A stretch of 64,000 nt of DNA, taken from positions 54,833,131 to 54,897,130 of the forward strand of contig NC_083416.1 of assembly GCF_020745735.1 (NCBI RefSeq), in the 5' to 3' direction. Below, piece after piece: positions 37,501-51,597 of the stretch. Under the pieces are notes generated by a model. It made no database searches. It was not told the DNA's origin and was given only the letters and a program-made list of their open reading frames with translations. Origin of the DNA: Hemiscyllium ocellatum (taxonomy: Eukaryota). Every line of letters begins with the position of its first letter. The stretch's first letter is position 1. The position numbers were made by a program, and so were the translations under genes.

Positions 37501-39496
37501 CATTCACAACAGGATCTGGTAGGATTCAGAACATAGATCTGATCCACTGATTGTGAGATTGTTTAACCATATCTATTGCAGGTTACATCCACTGTTTGTA
37601 AGGCAAGTAGTCCTGTGTTGTTGGTTCACTAAGTTGACACCTCATTTTTAGATTTGCTATGTGCTGCTCCTGTCATGCCTTTCTGCACTCTTCATTGAAC
37701 AAAAAGTTAGTGATAATGTAGAATGGACCACAATGTAGTCTATCCAGTTTTAATCCTTTCTCCTGTCTTTGTAGATGTTTAGAAGCTGAATGGCTTGCTA
37801 TACCATTTTGAGGACATTTAAGAGTCAACCACATTGCTGAGATGTCTGGGAGTCACATGTAGTGCAGATCAGGTAAGGCTGGTAGATTCCTCATCCTAAG
37901 GGGCACTATTGAAACCAATGTGGTTTTACAACAATCAAAACGGTTGCTATTAATTAGTTTTTAATTCAAAATGTTATTAGATTGAAATGTCATCATTTGC
38001 CATGGTAGAATTCAAATCCCATTAATCATTTAATGAGTATATTAGTATTTACTAGTCCACTGACATTACCATTACACCTTACCTTCTTCGAGACAATATA
38101 AGCTATACTGTCAAATTCTAGTAAAGGAATAATTTCAATTCACAAAAATTATCAAAGTTATGTAAAAGTTTAAATTTTAATTTTGAGCTTTCACATTTTT
38201 GACATTATTTTCCATAATTTTTGTTTTTCTTCAACTTCCCAGTTTTTGCATGTTCTATTTTTATGTTCAAATTACAGGAATTATGTTTGAAAAGAAAATG
38301 TAAGAATGACGAATCACTAATTTAATCAGAAACAACACATTTCTTTTGAGTAATAAGAAATCTTATATGAAAAGCCAAAATAATATTTTTTCTTTGTTTT
38401 TATAACGGATTATGTAATAAATTGAACTTTTATTATAATTTTGAAAGTAAAATGATCTTTAAAATCATTTTAAATTTAAGTTGTGCTGATCTAAGAGGAT
38501 TGTTTCAGTTGTTCATTCTCATTGTTAAAAAAAACTTCTAATAGTATGCTCTGAATAATTTACTACCTCAGCTATGTCTGAAACAAAAATGATCATGATC
38601 ATAAACTCTATTCCTCAAATCTAAAGCATTCATCACTTGCATAGGTTTATTTAGAACACATTGATGTGTTTTGTTAAAATAATTATCTGAAATCATAAAG
38701 TGCAGCAAATTGATTTCGTGGAGATTCACCTGTTCTGGTCTGCTGTGGAGATTCCTTGAAGAGAGACTGTAATGTTTGTCTTTTTAATTTTGCTTCTTGT
38801 TTTTCTGACCTAAAGTTATACAGTGTATAGCTGTAATATTAAGTTTTTTTCTTCATTTCTCTTCTGTAACTAAGGATTGCATGTTGTAAACATTGTTACA
38901 TTCTAACTAATCTTGTAACTGATGAAGCTGTAGCTAGGTACCTTTTTACCTAGGGTGATGCAGATGCTGGAGACCAGAGTTGAAAAATGTGGTGCTGGAA
39001 AAACACAGCAGGCCAGACAGCATCCGAGGAGCAGGAGAATCTTCAGGATATTTGATCAACCAGCACACTCCTGGTCCCAAAGGTGACGGTTAATAAAAAC
39101 TCTGCTGTATATCTAATATTTCATTGTGGTCTTTAAATCAGCTTTGGTCTCCAATTGGTCAGAATGATGAGGCTGTAATATGTTTATATTACTGAACAGG
39201 CATTTGGGAGAGTGGTGTTAAGTGCATGCTCGCCCTCCCTCAAAATTCCTGAACACTCTTTCCCTGCCACTTATTTCTTTGGCTGTCAAGGAGTCTTTCT
39301 CTATTACCTTTATCTCTGTTAGTGCAATGTCAATCAGTTTTACAAAATCTCAGGGGTTTCTGCATTATAACCTTTAAATTTCTCCTCTGATTGCACAATG
39401 TCCAGCATCATTTGCAACGCCTCAGATTTTAAAGCATTCAATGTTCAAATGCAACAAGATCTGGACAATATCTCGGTTTGGGCTGATATGCATCAA

Positions 39497-39757
39497 AAAG
39501 TGTTGTGCTGGAAAAGCACAGCCAGTCAGGCAGCATCCAAGGGGCAGGACAGTCGATGTTTTGAGCATAAACTCTTCATCAGGAATGGGTCCTATGAAGA
39601 GCTTATGCCTGAAACGCGACCACTCTTGATGAAGAGCTTATGCTTGAAACATCGACTCTCCTACTCCTCGGATGCTGCTTGACCAATTGTGCTTTTCCAG
39701 CACCACATTTTTTGACTCTGATCTCCAGTGTCTGCAGTCTTCACTTTCTCCTCCTTA
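39497..39757. mobile_element. Hairpin PLE insertion with three degenerate hammerhead motifs, nested in a CR1 LINE
   Basis: Inverted arms gctggaaaagcaca...tgtgcttttccagc. Motifs at about 39551-39586 (-), 39590-39620 (+) and 39624-39657 (+). gggctgata/aggctgata flanks both sides. Confidence 0.72.
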
Positions 39758-40544
39758 GGCTGATAACATTGGCGCCACACAAATGCCAGACAATGACCAT
39801 CACCAATAACAGACATTCTAATCACCGCCTCTTGACATTCAATGGCATTACCATCACTGAAAACCCCATTATCAACATCCTGAGGTTTGTCATTGACCAG
39901 AAACTCAAATGGACTCACCATATAAACACAATGGTTACAATAGCAGGTCAGAGGCTAGGAATACTGTGGCAAGTAATTCACCTCCTAACTCCTCAAAGTC
40001 TGTCCACCCTCTACAAGGCACAAGGCAGGAGTGTGCTGGAATACTCCCCACTTGCCTGAATAAGTGCAGCACCAACAACACTCAAGAAGCTTGATACAAT
40101 CCAGGATAAAGTAATCCTCTTGATTGGCACTACATCCATAAGTATCCACTCCCTCCATCATCGATGCTCAGTGTATACTATCTATAAGATACGCTGTAGA
40201 AATTCCCCAAAGATCTTCAGACAGTACCTTCCAAACACACGATCACTTCCATCTAGAGGGACAAAGGCAGGGGATATATGGGAACACCACCACCTTCAAG
40301 ATCCCCTCCGAGCCACTTCACCATCCCAACTTGAAAGTACATCGCTGTTCCTTCACTTTTGAATGTCAAAATCCTGGAATTCCCTCCGTTATGGCATTGT
40401 CAACTCACAACAGGTGGACTGCAGCAGTTCAAGAAGGCAGCTCACCACCACCATGTCAAGGGCAACTAGGAGGGGGCAATGAATGCTGGCCAGCCAGCAA
40501 CGGCCACATCCCACAAACTAATAAATAAAACAAAAATAATCTCA

Positions 40545-42075
40545 CGGAGTCATAGAGTCCTACAGCATGGACACAGGTTCTTTGGTCCAAACTGGTCCGT
40601 GCCAACCACAATTTCCACCCACTCTAACCCCATTTCCCTACACTTGGCCCATATCCTTCTAAACCTTTCCTATCCATGTATTTTTCCAAATGCTTTTTAA
40701 ATGTTGTTAATGTACCTGCCTCAACCACTTCTGCTGGCAGATTATTCCATGTACTTACCACCCCGTGTGTGAAAAGGTTGCCCCTCAGTTTCCCTTTTAT
40801 TCTTTCCCTCTAACCTTAAACCGGTGCCCTTTAGTCCCTCGATTCCCCAACCCTGGGAAAAAAGACTGAATGCATTCTTCCTATCCATGTCTCTCATGAT
40901 CGTACCCTTCTAGAAGATCCCCCCCTCAGTCTCCTACGCTCTAAAGAAAAAACTCCTAACTTGTCCAACCTTTTCCAGTAACTCAGACAGTTGAGTCCGC
41001 CAACATCCTTGTAAATTTCTTCTGCATTCTTTCCAGTTTAATAACATCCTTACTATAGCAAGGTGACCAAAGCTGGACACAATACTCCAAGTGCTGCCTC
41101 ATCAATGTCCTGTACAACAGCAACATAACTTCCCAACTTCTATATTCAGTGCCCTGACTGATGAAGGCCACTGTGCCAAAAGCCTTCTTCACTGTCGTGT
41201 CTATCTGTGACTTCACTTTTAGAGAACTGTGAACCTGAACTCCAAGATCGGTCTGTTCCACTACACTCCTTAAGGCCCTACCATTCATCATGAAACTCCT
41301 ACCTTGATTTGACTTGCCAAAACACAAGGCCTCACACTTATCTATATTAAACTCCATTTGCCATTACTTGGCTCACTTTCCCAGCTGATCAAGGTCCTGT
41401 TGCAATTTCTGATAATCTTCCTCAATGTCCACAATACCTCCTATTTTAGTGTCATCTGCAAACTTACTAATCATGCTTTGTATAATTCTCAGCTAAATCA
41501 TTGATATAGATAACAAACAGCAATGGATCCAGCACTGACCCCTGAGACAGTCCACTAATCACAGGCCTCCAGTCTGACAAGCATCCTTCCACCATAATCC
41601 TCTGCTTCCTGCCATTAAGTCAATTGTGATCCAATTTGTCAGCTACCCCGGATTCCATGTAATCTCACCTTCCAGAGCAGCCTACCTTGTGGAACTTTAC
41701 TGAAAGGCTTTAGTGAAATCCATACAGACTATGTCTACTGCTTTGCTCCCATCAACTTTCCTGGTCACTTCAAAGAACTCTAACAGTCTTGCAAGGCATG
41801 ATCTCCCACACACAAAGCCATGCTAACTACTCCTAATCAAACTGTCTTTCCAAATGCATGTATATTTTATCTCTCAGAATCTTCTCAAGTAACCTGCCTA
41901 CCACAAATTTTAGGCTGACTGGTCTATAGTTTTCTTTGCAGCCCTTTGAATAAGGGCACAACATTCGCTATCTCCCAGTTTTCCAAGACCTCACCCATGG
42001 CTAATGATGACACAAAAATATCAGCCAGGGCTGCCGCAATTTCTTCTCCAGCCCTATGCAGTGTTCTTGGATGTA
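40545..42075 (-). mobile_element. CR1 LINE 3' half
   Basis: MEFNIDKCE..DLGVQVH..HLEYCVQLWSP and WEIANVVPLFK. Confidence 0.85.
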
Positions 42076-43853
42076 GTGTAGGATTTTGCGCATTTAAATT
42101 ACTGAAAGAAATCAAACAAACCAAATGAAATGGAATAATTCTGAACATGAATGTGCATTCATGCATTTTAATGCATTTATGTTTTCCTTAACTATGTAGA
42201 AAACTGACATTTTTAAAAACCCAATACCTATTCTCAATGAAGAATAATCTTCCTGATGATTCTGTGACAAAAACAAACTTCAAGAAATCTTTATTGTTCT
42301 TGGATTAGAAAACTGGAAGCTTCTGCATTGAATTTCCTGGACTTACTGGGTAAATGATGGGACAATGATTTTTCTACTTGCTCATGTGATCCTGCTGAAA
42401 TTTGGCAATAATCTTCTTTTGCAGAGAGCTGGAGCAATTTAGAGTTGCTTTCTGACTGGTTCACCACTACAGGAAGAGACAAACTGAATTAAGCTGCAAT
42501 TTTAGAAAATGTATATATGGGATGTGGGCATCACTGGCTGGACTAACATTTATTGTCCATCCCCAGAAGGCAATTAATAGTCAACCACATTGCTGTGGGT
42601 CTGGAGTCCCATATAGGCCAGACCAGGAAGGATGGCAACTTTTCTTCCCCAAAGGACATTAGTGAACCAGTTGAGTTATTCCTGACAATCAACGATGGTT
42701 TCATGGTCATCATTAGCCTCATATTTCCAAATTACTGTTGAATTCAAATTCCACATCTGCTATGATGAGATTCAAATTCAGGTCCCCAGAATGTTAACTG
42801 GATCTCTGGATTAATAATCTAGTGATAATATCATTAAGCTATGAGAGACCAGAAGCAAAAGAGAGAAAAATAGCTGGATCCAGAATATCAGAAACAATCC
42901 TAGTGAACATCCCCAATTCTGACTTTATGATGGAGGGAAGGTCATTGATGAAGTTGGTTAGGTTAGGACACCAACCTAAGGAATTCCAGCAGAGATGTCC
43001 TGAAGCTGAGATAACTGACCTCCAACAACTACTTTCATCTTCATACGTTTAGGTATGGCTCCAATCACTAGAGAGTTTGCTCCCTGATACCTATTGATTC
43101 CAGTTCTGCTATGGCTCCTTGATGCCGCACTCATTCGAATGCAGCCTTGATGTCAAGGACTGTCACTCTCACCTCACCTCTAGAATTCAGCACTTTTGTC
43201 CATGTTTGAACCAAGGCTGTAATGAGGTCAGAAACTGAGTGGCCCTGGTGGAACCCAACTGGGCGTCACTGAGCAGGTTATTACTGAACAGGTGCTGCTT
43301 GATAGCACTGCTGATGATAGCTTCCATCACTTTACTGATGATCGAGAGTAGTCTGATGGGCCAGGTTGGTTTTGTCCTGCTTTTAATGTACAGAACATAC
43401 CTGGGCAATTTTCCACATTGCCGGGTAAATATCAGTGTTGTACCTGTGTGAAAACAACTTGGCTAGGGGAGCGGCAAACTCTGGAGCTCCAGCTTTAGTG
43501 TTATCAGGGCCTGTAGTCTTTGCAGTATCCAGTGTCTCAACAGTTGTTTGATTCCACATGGAGTGAATCGAGTTGGTTGAAGACTGGTATCTATAATGCT
43601 CAGGACCACTGGGGGAAGCCAAGATGGATCATCCACTCTACGCTTCTGGCTGAAGATTGCTGTGAAAGCTTCAGCTTTATCTTTTGCACTGATGTACTGT
43701 GCTCTGGCATCATTGAGGATGGGAATATTTCTGGAGCATCTGCCTCCAGTGATTTGTTTAATTGTCCACCATCATTCATAAATGGATGTGGCAGAACTGC
43801 AGAGTTGAGATCTGATCCGTTAATTGTAGGATTGCTTAAGTCTGATTATTACT

Positions 43854-44119
43854 CAAGGTTTGTGTGAAGATTCCTAGAGGCATGGCATTCATCCACAAAC
43901 TCCATCAACAAACATATCGACCTGGACCCAATATACCAACCACTACAGTGGACAGCTGAAACTGATACCCGGAAGCGGCAAGGACAGACCACTATAAATA
44001 CCGGAAGAAACATCAAAGAAGCACTTCACAGGAGGCTCCAGAGCACTGATGATGTCTCCTAGCCAGGGGACGAAACGTTTGCAACAAAAACTTCCAGCTC
44101 GGCGAACAGAACCACAACA
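43854..44119 (+). mobile_element. 3' terminal fragment of the same Penelope family, nested in a CR1 LINE
   Basis: Matches 61020-61267. 13-bp TSD tctgattattact at 43841-43853 and 44120-44132. Short inverted terminus caaggtttgtgtgaagatt at the left end. Confidence 0.88.
44043..44082 (+). ncRNA. Minimal type I hammerhead ribozyme (PLE-associated), intact core
   Basis: GCA-CTGATGA-t-GTCTCCT-agcc-AGGGGAC-GAAA-CG-TT-TGC. Stem I GCA/TGC, 7-bp stem II, palindromic ACGT stem III, GUU cleavage triplet. Confidence 0.78.
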
Positions 44120-45984
44120 TCTGATTATTACTTTCTGCTTACGTTGCTTGCATGCAAGTAGACCTGTTTGTAGCTTCACCAGGTTGACACCTCATTTTCA
44201 TGTATGCCTGGTGCTGCTCCTGGTATGCCTTCCTGTACTCACAATTGAACCAGGTTTGATCCCCTGGCTTGATGGTATTGGTTGAGCAGGGCTGTGAGGT
44301 TTCAGATTGTGCTGGAGTATAATTCTGCTGTGTTTTCAAACCCATAGTGTGTCATGGATACCCAGTCTTGGGTTGCTAGATCTGTTTGAACTCTGACCCT
44401 TTTAGAAAAATGCTAGTGCCACACAACACAGTGAAGGTTATTCTCAATCTGAAAGCCAGAATTCATCTCCACAAGGACTGTGAGGTGGTCGCTCTTACTG
44501 ACACTGTCATTGGTGGATGTATCTGCAGCTGGCAGATTGGTAAGGATGAGATCATGTATGTTTTTCCCTCTTGTTGATTCTGTCACCACCTGCCACTGCC
44601 TAGCAGCTATGTTCTTTAGGACCCGATCAGTTCAATCAGTAGTACTGCTGCCGAGCCACTCTTGGTGGTGGATGTTGAAATCCCCTATCCAGAGTACATT
44701 TTGTACCCTTACCATCCTCAGTGTTTTCTCTAAGAATTGTTCAACATGGAGGAGTATCAACTCATCAGCTGATGGAGAACAGTATGTGGTGAAGGGCAAG
44801 GGGTCAAGGTTGACGACTCTCAGGGCCCTCTCAACTGTATACCACTGTGCCAGCACTTCTGCTGGATCTGTCCTGGTGGGACAGGACATATCCAGGGATG
44901 GTGACGGTGGTGTCTGGAACATTGTCTGTCAGGTATGATTCTGTGTGTATGACTATGTCAGGCTGTTGCAGTAGCCCGCAGATGTTAGTAAGGAGGACCT
45001 TGCAGGGTTGACAAGGCTGTTTCTGCCATTGATTTTTCCAGTACTTGCCAGATGATCTGTCTGATTTCATTTCTTTGAGGCTTCGTGGTGATTGGGACAA
45101 CTGAATAGCTTGTTAGGCCATTTCAGAGGTCAATTGAGAGTCAACTGTAGGCCAAACCAGGTGAGATTGGCAAATTTCCTTTGCTGAAGGACATGAGTGA
45201 ACCAGATGGGTTTTCCTGACAATCGACAATGATTTCATGGTCATCATTAGATTTTTAATTCCAGATTTTTAATTGAATTCAAATTCTACCACCTGCTGTA
45301 GCAGAATTCAAACCCAGGTCCCCAGAACACTAGCTGAGTTTCTGAATCAATAGTCCAGCAGTAATGCAACTAGGCCATTGTCTTCCCTTCCTCTTACTGC
45401 CCAAATAGTCCATGAAAAAAATTCTACAATCATGTGATGAGTATGAGCCCATTAATGGTTAACAGAACAAAAGATGAAACTAAAATAGATATTGAGGAGA
45501 AACTCAGCAGGTCTGGCAGTACCTGTGGGAAGAAAGCAGAGTTAATGTTTTGAATCGAGTGACACTCCACCAGAACACTTCTCATGAAGAGTCACTGAAT
45601 AGAAATATTAACTCTACTTTCGTTCCACAGATAATGCCATATCTGTTGAGTTTCTCCAGCAAAATCTGTCTTTGTTTCAGAACTCTAGCATCCAAGTTCT
45701 TTATTTCATAAAAGCTTAAACTAAGAATAGAAACTGTCAGTATTTTCCTTTGTTTAATTTAAAGTGCAAGTGAATCTCCTGAGGCAATAAGTAATGACCT
45801 GTTGGTAACATTTATGACCTATATATATTATATGAGTATGGCCTGCCACTTGGAAGCCCAAGACTGGAGCTTATTCAGATCCTGGTGTCAGTTGTCATTG
45901 GATCTTCAATTCACAAAACATTTTGTGAATAGAAACATACACCATAGAATTGTAAAATACAACTCCTAATTGTGTGATAGAGGA

Positions 45985-47280
45985 AGTCATAGAGTCATAG
46001 AGATGTACAGTATGGAAACAGTCCAACCTGTCCATGCTGACCAGATATCCTAACCCAATCTAGTCCCACCTGCCAGCACTTGGCCCATATCCCTCCAAAC
46101 CCTTCCTAATCATATACCCATCCAAATGCCTCTTAAATGTTGCAATTATACCAGCCTCCACCACTTCCTCTGGCAGCTCATTCCATGCATGTACCACCTT
46201 CTGCGTGAAAAAGTTGCCCCTTAGCTCTCTTTTATATCTTTCCCCTCTCACCCTAAACCTATGTCCTCTAGTTCTGGACTCCATGACTCCAGGGAAAAAA
46301 CTTTGACTATTTATCCTATCCATGCCCCTCATAATTTTGTAAACCTCTGTCACCCCTCAGCCTCTGACGCTCCAGGGAAAACAGCTCCAGCCTGTTCAGC
46401 CTCACCTCCAACCCTGGCAACATCCTTGTAAATCTTTTCTGAACCCTTTCAAGTTTCACAACATCTTTCCCATAGGAAGGAGACCAGAATTGCATGCAAT
46501 ATTCCAACAGTGGCCTAACCAATGTCCTGTATAGCCGCAACATGACCTCCCAACTCCTGTAATCAATACTCTGACCAATAAAGGAAACCATACCAAACGC
46601 CTTCTTCACTATCCTATCTACCTGCGACTCCACTTTCAAGAAACTAATAACCTGCACTCCAAGGTCTCTTTGTTCAGCAACACTCCCTAGGAGCTTACCA
46701 TTAAGTGTATAAGTCCTGCTAAGATTTGCTTTCTCAAAATGCAGCACCTCACATTTATCTGAATTAAACTCCATCTGCCACTTCTCAGCCCATTGGCCCA
46801 TCTGGTCAGGATCCTGTTGTAATCTGAGGTAACCCTCTTCGCTGTCCACTATACCTCCAATTTTGGTGTCATCTGCCAACTTACTAACTGTATCTCTTAT
46901 GCTCGCATCCAAATCATTTATGTAAATGACAAAAAGTAGAGGCCCCAGCACCGATCCTTGTGGCACTCCACTGATCACAGGCCTCCAGTCTGAAAAATAA
47001 CCCTCCACCACTACCCCTGGCTTCTACCTTTGAGCCAGTTCTGTATCCAAATGGCTAGTTCTCCCTGTATTCCATGAGATCTAAACTTGCTAATCAATCT
47101 CCCAAGGGGAACCTTGTCAAATGCCTTACTGAAGTCCATACTGATCACATCTATCGCTCTGCCCCTTTAATCCTCTTTATTACTTCCTCAGAAAACTCAA
47201 TCAAGTTTGTGAGACATGATTTCCAAAGCACAAAGCCATGTTGACTATCCCTAATCAGTCCTTGCCTTTCCAAATATATT
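45985..47280 (-). mobile_element. CR1 LINE 3' half
   Basis: GVPQGSVLGPLLFVIYINDL..LADDTK..LEYCMQFWSP, with a (gtcataga)n tail. Confidence 0.9.
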
Positions 47281-48360
47281 ATTGAAGGAATCTGCTGAAA
47301 ATTAACAAACCAAATTATTACTGATTGTTGTGTCAGAATTCTGGCTAGAAAACATTTGTTTGCGAGCAACTGAGGTGTACATCTGGTTCTCATGTAGTGC
47401 CCTCAATGGTCAACTAGCCTTCCCCTTCCAACGTTCATTATATGGGCCTGCTTGCAAAGGATGAAGCCATTTTGATTGGCGGCTGCCTTTGAAGACTGCA
47501 GCATATGTTATTCCTTTTAGAAACAGGAAGAGGTGAAAATGGAAAATCAATGAACTTCCAATCAGTGACACAGTATTCTGTTGATTAAGTACAAAAGATG
47601 TCACCACTATTCAGTGAAATTTTTAAAAATATAAGTAATTAAGGAATTGTATTTTCAGATCAATGTAATCTAAGAAATAATAACTTTGTCACTCATATTG
47701 TTTCATGAGTGATTGGGGAAAGAACCATTCAAAATTGAATTCTGGTTATGTGGTTCTTGCACTGTCAGCCTGAGGTTCTAAGTAACGAGTACAGTAACCA
47801 TATTGTAGATGGTGTTGTCTGCTTGGATGATATTGATCAATCGCTGGAGACTGAGAACAGGTTTTATAATCATTTCATTTGTGCAACACAAGCAGAAACC
47901 TGCCTCAGTGCCAAAACTGAATCATAACTCTGGAGCATACACAAAGGTTGAGTGCCTTATACCTCACACGTTGCATTAGCCAAATTCCAACCTTCCTTTG
48001 TCCAAAGAAACACATGTCCATCTATGTTATAGGTTAATTTCATTAAGGTCTCTTGTGTATGCTCCAGAGTAACCAGTTCTAGAATAGTAAAAATTTGCTT
48101 TGATTAATCCTGTCCTCTGAATTAAATGATTTTGCTTTTAAGCTCATTATGTGTAGTTTTGGCAGTAAATTGGGACTATTGTATGACATGGAAGAATGTC
48201 TGAAAACATGTTTGACATTTGGAATATATATAATTTTCTTTGTATGGGTAATTATTGTGTATTTTGCTTTTTGATTTCCATTCAGAACATCTGAGTAAGA
48301 GGTGAAAATTTATGGATGCAGTCCAATTCTGATCTGCTCTTGTCTGTGATACCATAGGAC

Positions 48361-48482
48361 TCAGCATGCAGGGAAAGGCCACATTTATAATTGAGGGACA
48401 ACTACCTGTACCTTTACTAAAACAGAAGATTTGAAACCACCATATATGGGATATGATTATGTGGGGAAACTGACTGAAGAAT
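48361..48482 (-). pseudogene. Decayed terminal exon of a sphingomyelin synthase (probable SGMS2 relic)
   Basis: T-tract plus cag|ATT acceptor. Reads ILQSVSPHNH / SHIWWFQIFCF / KVQVVVPQL*MWPFP across two frameshifts and a TAA. Compare the SGMS terminal exon as recalled: SRAWWFPIFYFFEKNVQG (SGMS2) and VQGIVPRSYHWPFP (SGMS1). Confidence 0.7.
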
Positions 48483-49369
48483 CTGTTCACAAAAAAAAAT
48501 GCATTCAAAGGATTATTTATTTTGAAAAAAGGAACTCTGTCAAACCTATAACTTATTCATAACTACCAACTGTTCAAAACCCAAATGGTTCAGCTGAAAA
48601 CTGTAATCAAGACCAGCTGATTAGAACAATTAAGGTCACATAGGGACTATTTTCTGTTATTGATGGTATTTTTTGGCAACAGAACATCTGCTGCTGAGTC
48701 CAAAGGTTGACCACAATGTAGAGGGAATGTAGAGTTCTGGTGGCAGTCTATAGATACCAGTAGATGAGCCACAGGTGTGAAAAGGAGCCAACTACAGCCA
48801 AAATCCATCCTGTAGTTGGGGTTTCCTTTCCTGCTGTTGCTTCTAACAATTGAGGTTTTCTTTCAATTTTAAATTTTGAGCAGGATTCCAAGAATGCTTC
48901 CATTTTCATGCACTCTTACAACTGCCTTTCTGCCTAAACAGTGCAAGGACTCTCTAGAGTCTGTCCAATAGGCCCTTTCATTGGGCTTCCCAAATTAGGG
49001 ATCAGACATGGTTGTGTTGGAGCCTACCCTCATGTTAAATTGCAACGAGCAGATGCCTTGACGACAAGTTTGAGAAAATTCAAATGTGAACAAATTGAAG
49101 TCAATTCAATAGCTGAAGTAATTGAAGCAGTTCCACTTTGATGAGCTTGGTAGAGGTTTCACGCTTGTTTATGACTGCAATTAATCACTAAACAATCATT
49201 TGACAGCTCATGCTGTGATTGACTGAATGATCTGCCAAACATACATAAAAGTAGGAAGGCAGTATGAATAGGGGAACAAAGTTAGTAATGAGTTACATTA
49301 TAAAACCTTTTAAGCATTTGACTTTGCAACATGTTATTAAAACAATAGCCAGGTTATAACTGTGATAGC

Positions 49370-49640
49370 TGTGATTCAGCTGAGCCAATTACAGTTTCAT
49401 TTTTGAATCAGAGAATTGAGTTCAAAGCCCAGTTCAGAGATTTAAAAACAAAAGATGAGTTTGACACTCCAATACAGTATTGGTGGAATATTATACCATT
49501 GGAGGAGTAACCTTTAGGATCTTCTGTTAGTCTGTCTGTCTGGCCTATCAGATGAACATAAAAGACTATATGACACTAGTTGAATGACTTGCTGGGAACT
49601 TCACCCCAATATCCTGGCCAATGTTATACTTTTATAATCA
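49370..49640 (+). mobile_element. Old DeuSINE/AmnSINE-like element
   Basis: tgacactccaatacagtattggtggaat..ttggaggagtaaccttt..taaaagactatatgacact..tcctggccaa resembles the Deu domain as recalled. Highly diverged. Confidence 0.4.
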
Positions 49641-51232
49641 TGTTAACAAATTCAAATTTGTGAACACTAATTGGGAGGCATAGTTAATGTAAAGGAAAAC
49701 CATAGCAACATACAATAAGACACTGATAAAGCTTCAGAATATTCATGTAGTGGCAAATAACTTGCAATGTAGAAAACAGTGCAGTGATGCATTTTCGTAC
49801 GAATAATGAGCTGTTTGTTGGCGGGAAGGCAATTGATAAATTAGCAAGACGTGCTTTCCAATGCCCTCCTGCCCACCCCAAGCTATTGTTAGTCTTAGAG
49901 GCAGAGGATGAGGCTTAAGGAATGGGGAGAGGACGCCCAACAGGTAATCTGCTCAAACTTTAGGTGGAAACTGTGGACATATCCCTCAAAGACCCTCTTT
50001 CATATCTTCCCCTCTACCAACCCACAACAGTTGTTATTTCCCCCTCAGCCTCTCCACCACGATCCCTAAAGATCCTTTCCCCACCCCTCAGAAACTCACC
50101 TTCACTCCCTGACATGAGAACCCTCCCTCCCCAGCCATTCAGCAACACCTACCTAGTCCTGTTGTAGTAGATCTCTGAGATTAAACTTCTGCACTCTCCC
50201 CAAAACAGAGGCAGAAGCCTCACATGCTCCATGAAGCATTAAATGGCTATGGGACAGTAGTTTCAGAGACAATTTGAAAACTCCATTACCCATTAAACAC
50301 AGACCAAGAATTCTGAGGGGTGACCCCATAGAGGACTTTAAGATTTCACGAGGGTTTTCTGAGGGGAAGATGTAGAAAATTGTTTCCACTTGTCAAAGTG
50401 TCCAAAACCAGAAGACCCAACCATACCAAAACCATAAATAGCTGCTAAAAATCGAAGAGGCAATTTGAAAGAAGTTTCTTTACCTGAAGAGAAGAAGGAA
50501 TGTAGAATGCACAACCAGATGGGATATTTGAGGCAAATAGCATAAATGCATTTTGAAAGCAGCCAGATGAGGAAGAAAGGATTAGCAGGATGTTCCGATG
50601 GATTTGGTAACACAGGGTTGATGGAGGTGTGTTTGAGTAACATGTAAAGGTGGTTATGATTATGAAAGTTGCACATATGATGTTCTTTGGTTCTGTGTAT
50701 CTTCAAAACAGCTTGTATGGTATTCCTGGAAAAATGTCAGCCTCTATGAGCAGTCAGTCAGAGGTGATCAGGGTAAAAAGTTAATAAGAACTTCTGTGGC
50801 ATCAGACTGTACGCTAAGAATCCGTTCTGCATTGAACGTTATCATAGGAGAAGTAACTTAGTTTTGCCATTTGAGGATAACTAAATTTATAGTTTGTAAT
50901 TACCAAAACTATGTACTTTCTTTTATCTGATTAATACTAAATAAATCTGTCTGTGAATTTATAGTCTGGACCACAGTCTAATGAGTGAAAATCCATCCAC
51001 CTATCAAGGTTAATAATTACAGGGATGTAAGAACTGGTTACTGAATGGCCAGCTATATGGAACTCAATGAGACCTTTTAACATTAAAACTCAGAGGAACT
51101 GGAGAAAATTGTAGTCTTCCCAATTTGGAAAGTAATCCGTTAAAGTATATCATCCACTCATTCGAAATCATGTGGAAGTAAGTAAGAAGGAGAACTGAGA
51201 AAGCAAACCAATTAATTAGTTACTTAGTTTAC

Positions 51233-51295
51233 TTGATGATTGACCCAGGTATGATGTCATCATAAGAGTCCTGTTGTAAAGAAATACACCAGCAC
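51233..51295 (-). pseudogene. Decayed 3' part of the penultimate sphingomyelin synthase exon
   Basis: Reads VLVYFFTTGLL**HHTWVNHQ|gtaaac, against SGMS VVAYYITTRLFWWYHTMANQQ. Both Trp codons are TGA (51257-51262). The phase-0 donor falls at the expected boundary. Confidence 0.7.
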
Positions 51296-51597
51296 ATATC
51301 AGAACTCCATTCTAACATGGTCCATTGCCTATGTATCTTAAGGCTGCATTATGGGAAGACCATTGTTGTTGCAATGTCTGTTCAAAATTGCCAAGTGATA
51401 GGACAGAATCATGTAGAACTACAGATATATCAGTGAAAATGATCTTATAGAGAAAAACCATCTGACCTGTGGTTAACAAACAAATTGAAACAATCAATTT
51501 GTCGCTTCTACTGAATAATTGTATACATAACTCAACAGATTATCAGCAATGAATAAATGGATGTGTTGGAAAATGGTCAATTTTAACCAGTTGTAGT

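Larger units (their letters stand above)
42885..45390 (-). mobile_element. 5' part of the second CR1-clade family (endonuclease + RT start), headed by a tRNA-SINE-like 5' end (45100-45390)
   Basis: NICGL..PDIVIHTESYL..IPGY, WIGDFNIHH and GPDN..LAKLF motifs, interrupted by the PLE at 43854-44119. Confidence 0.8.
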
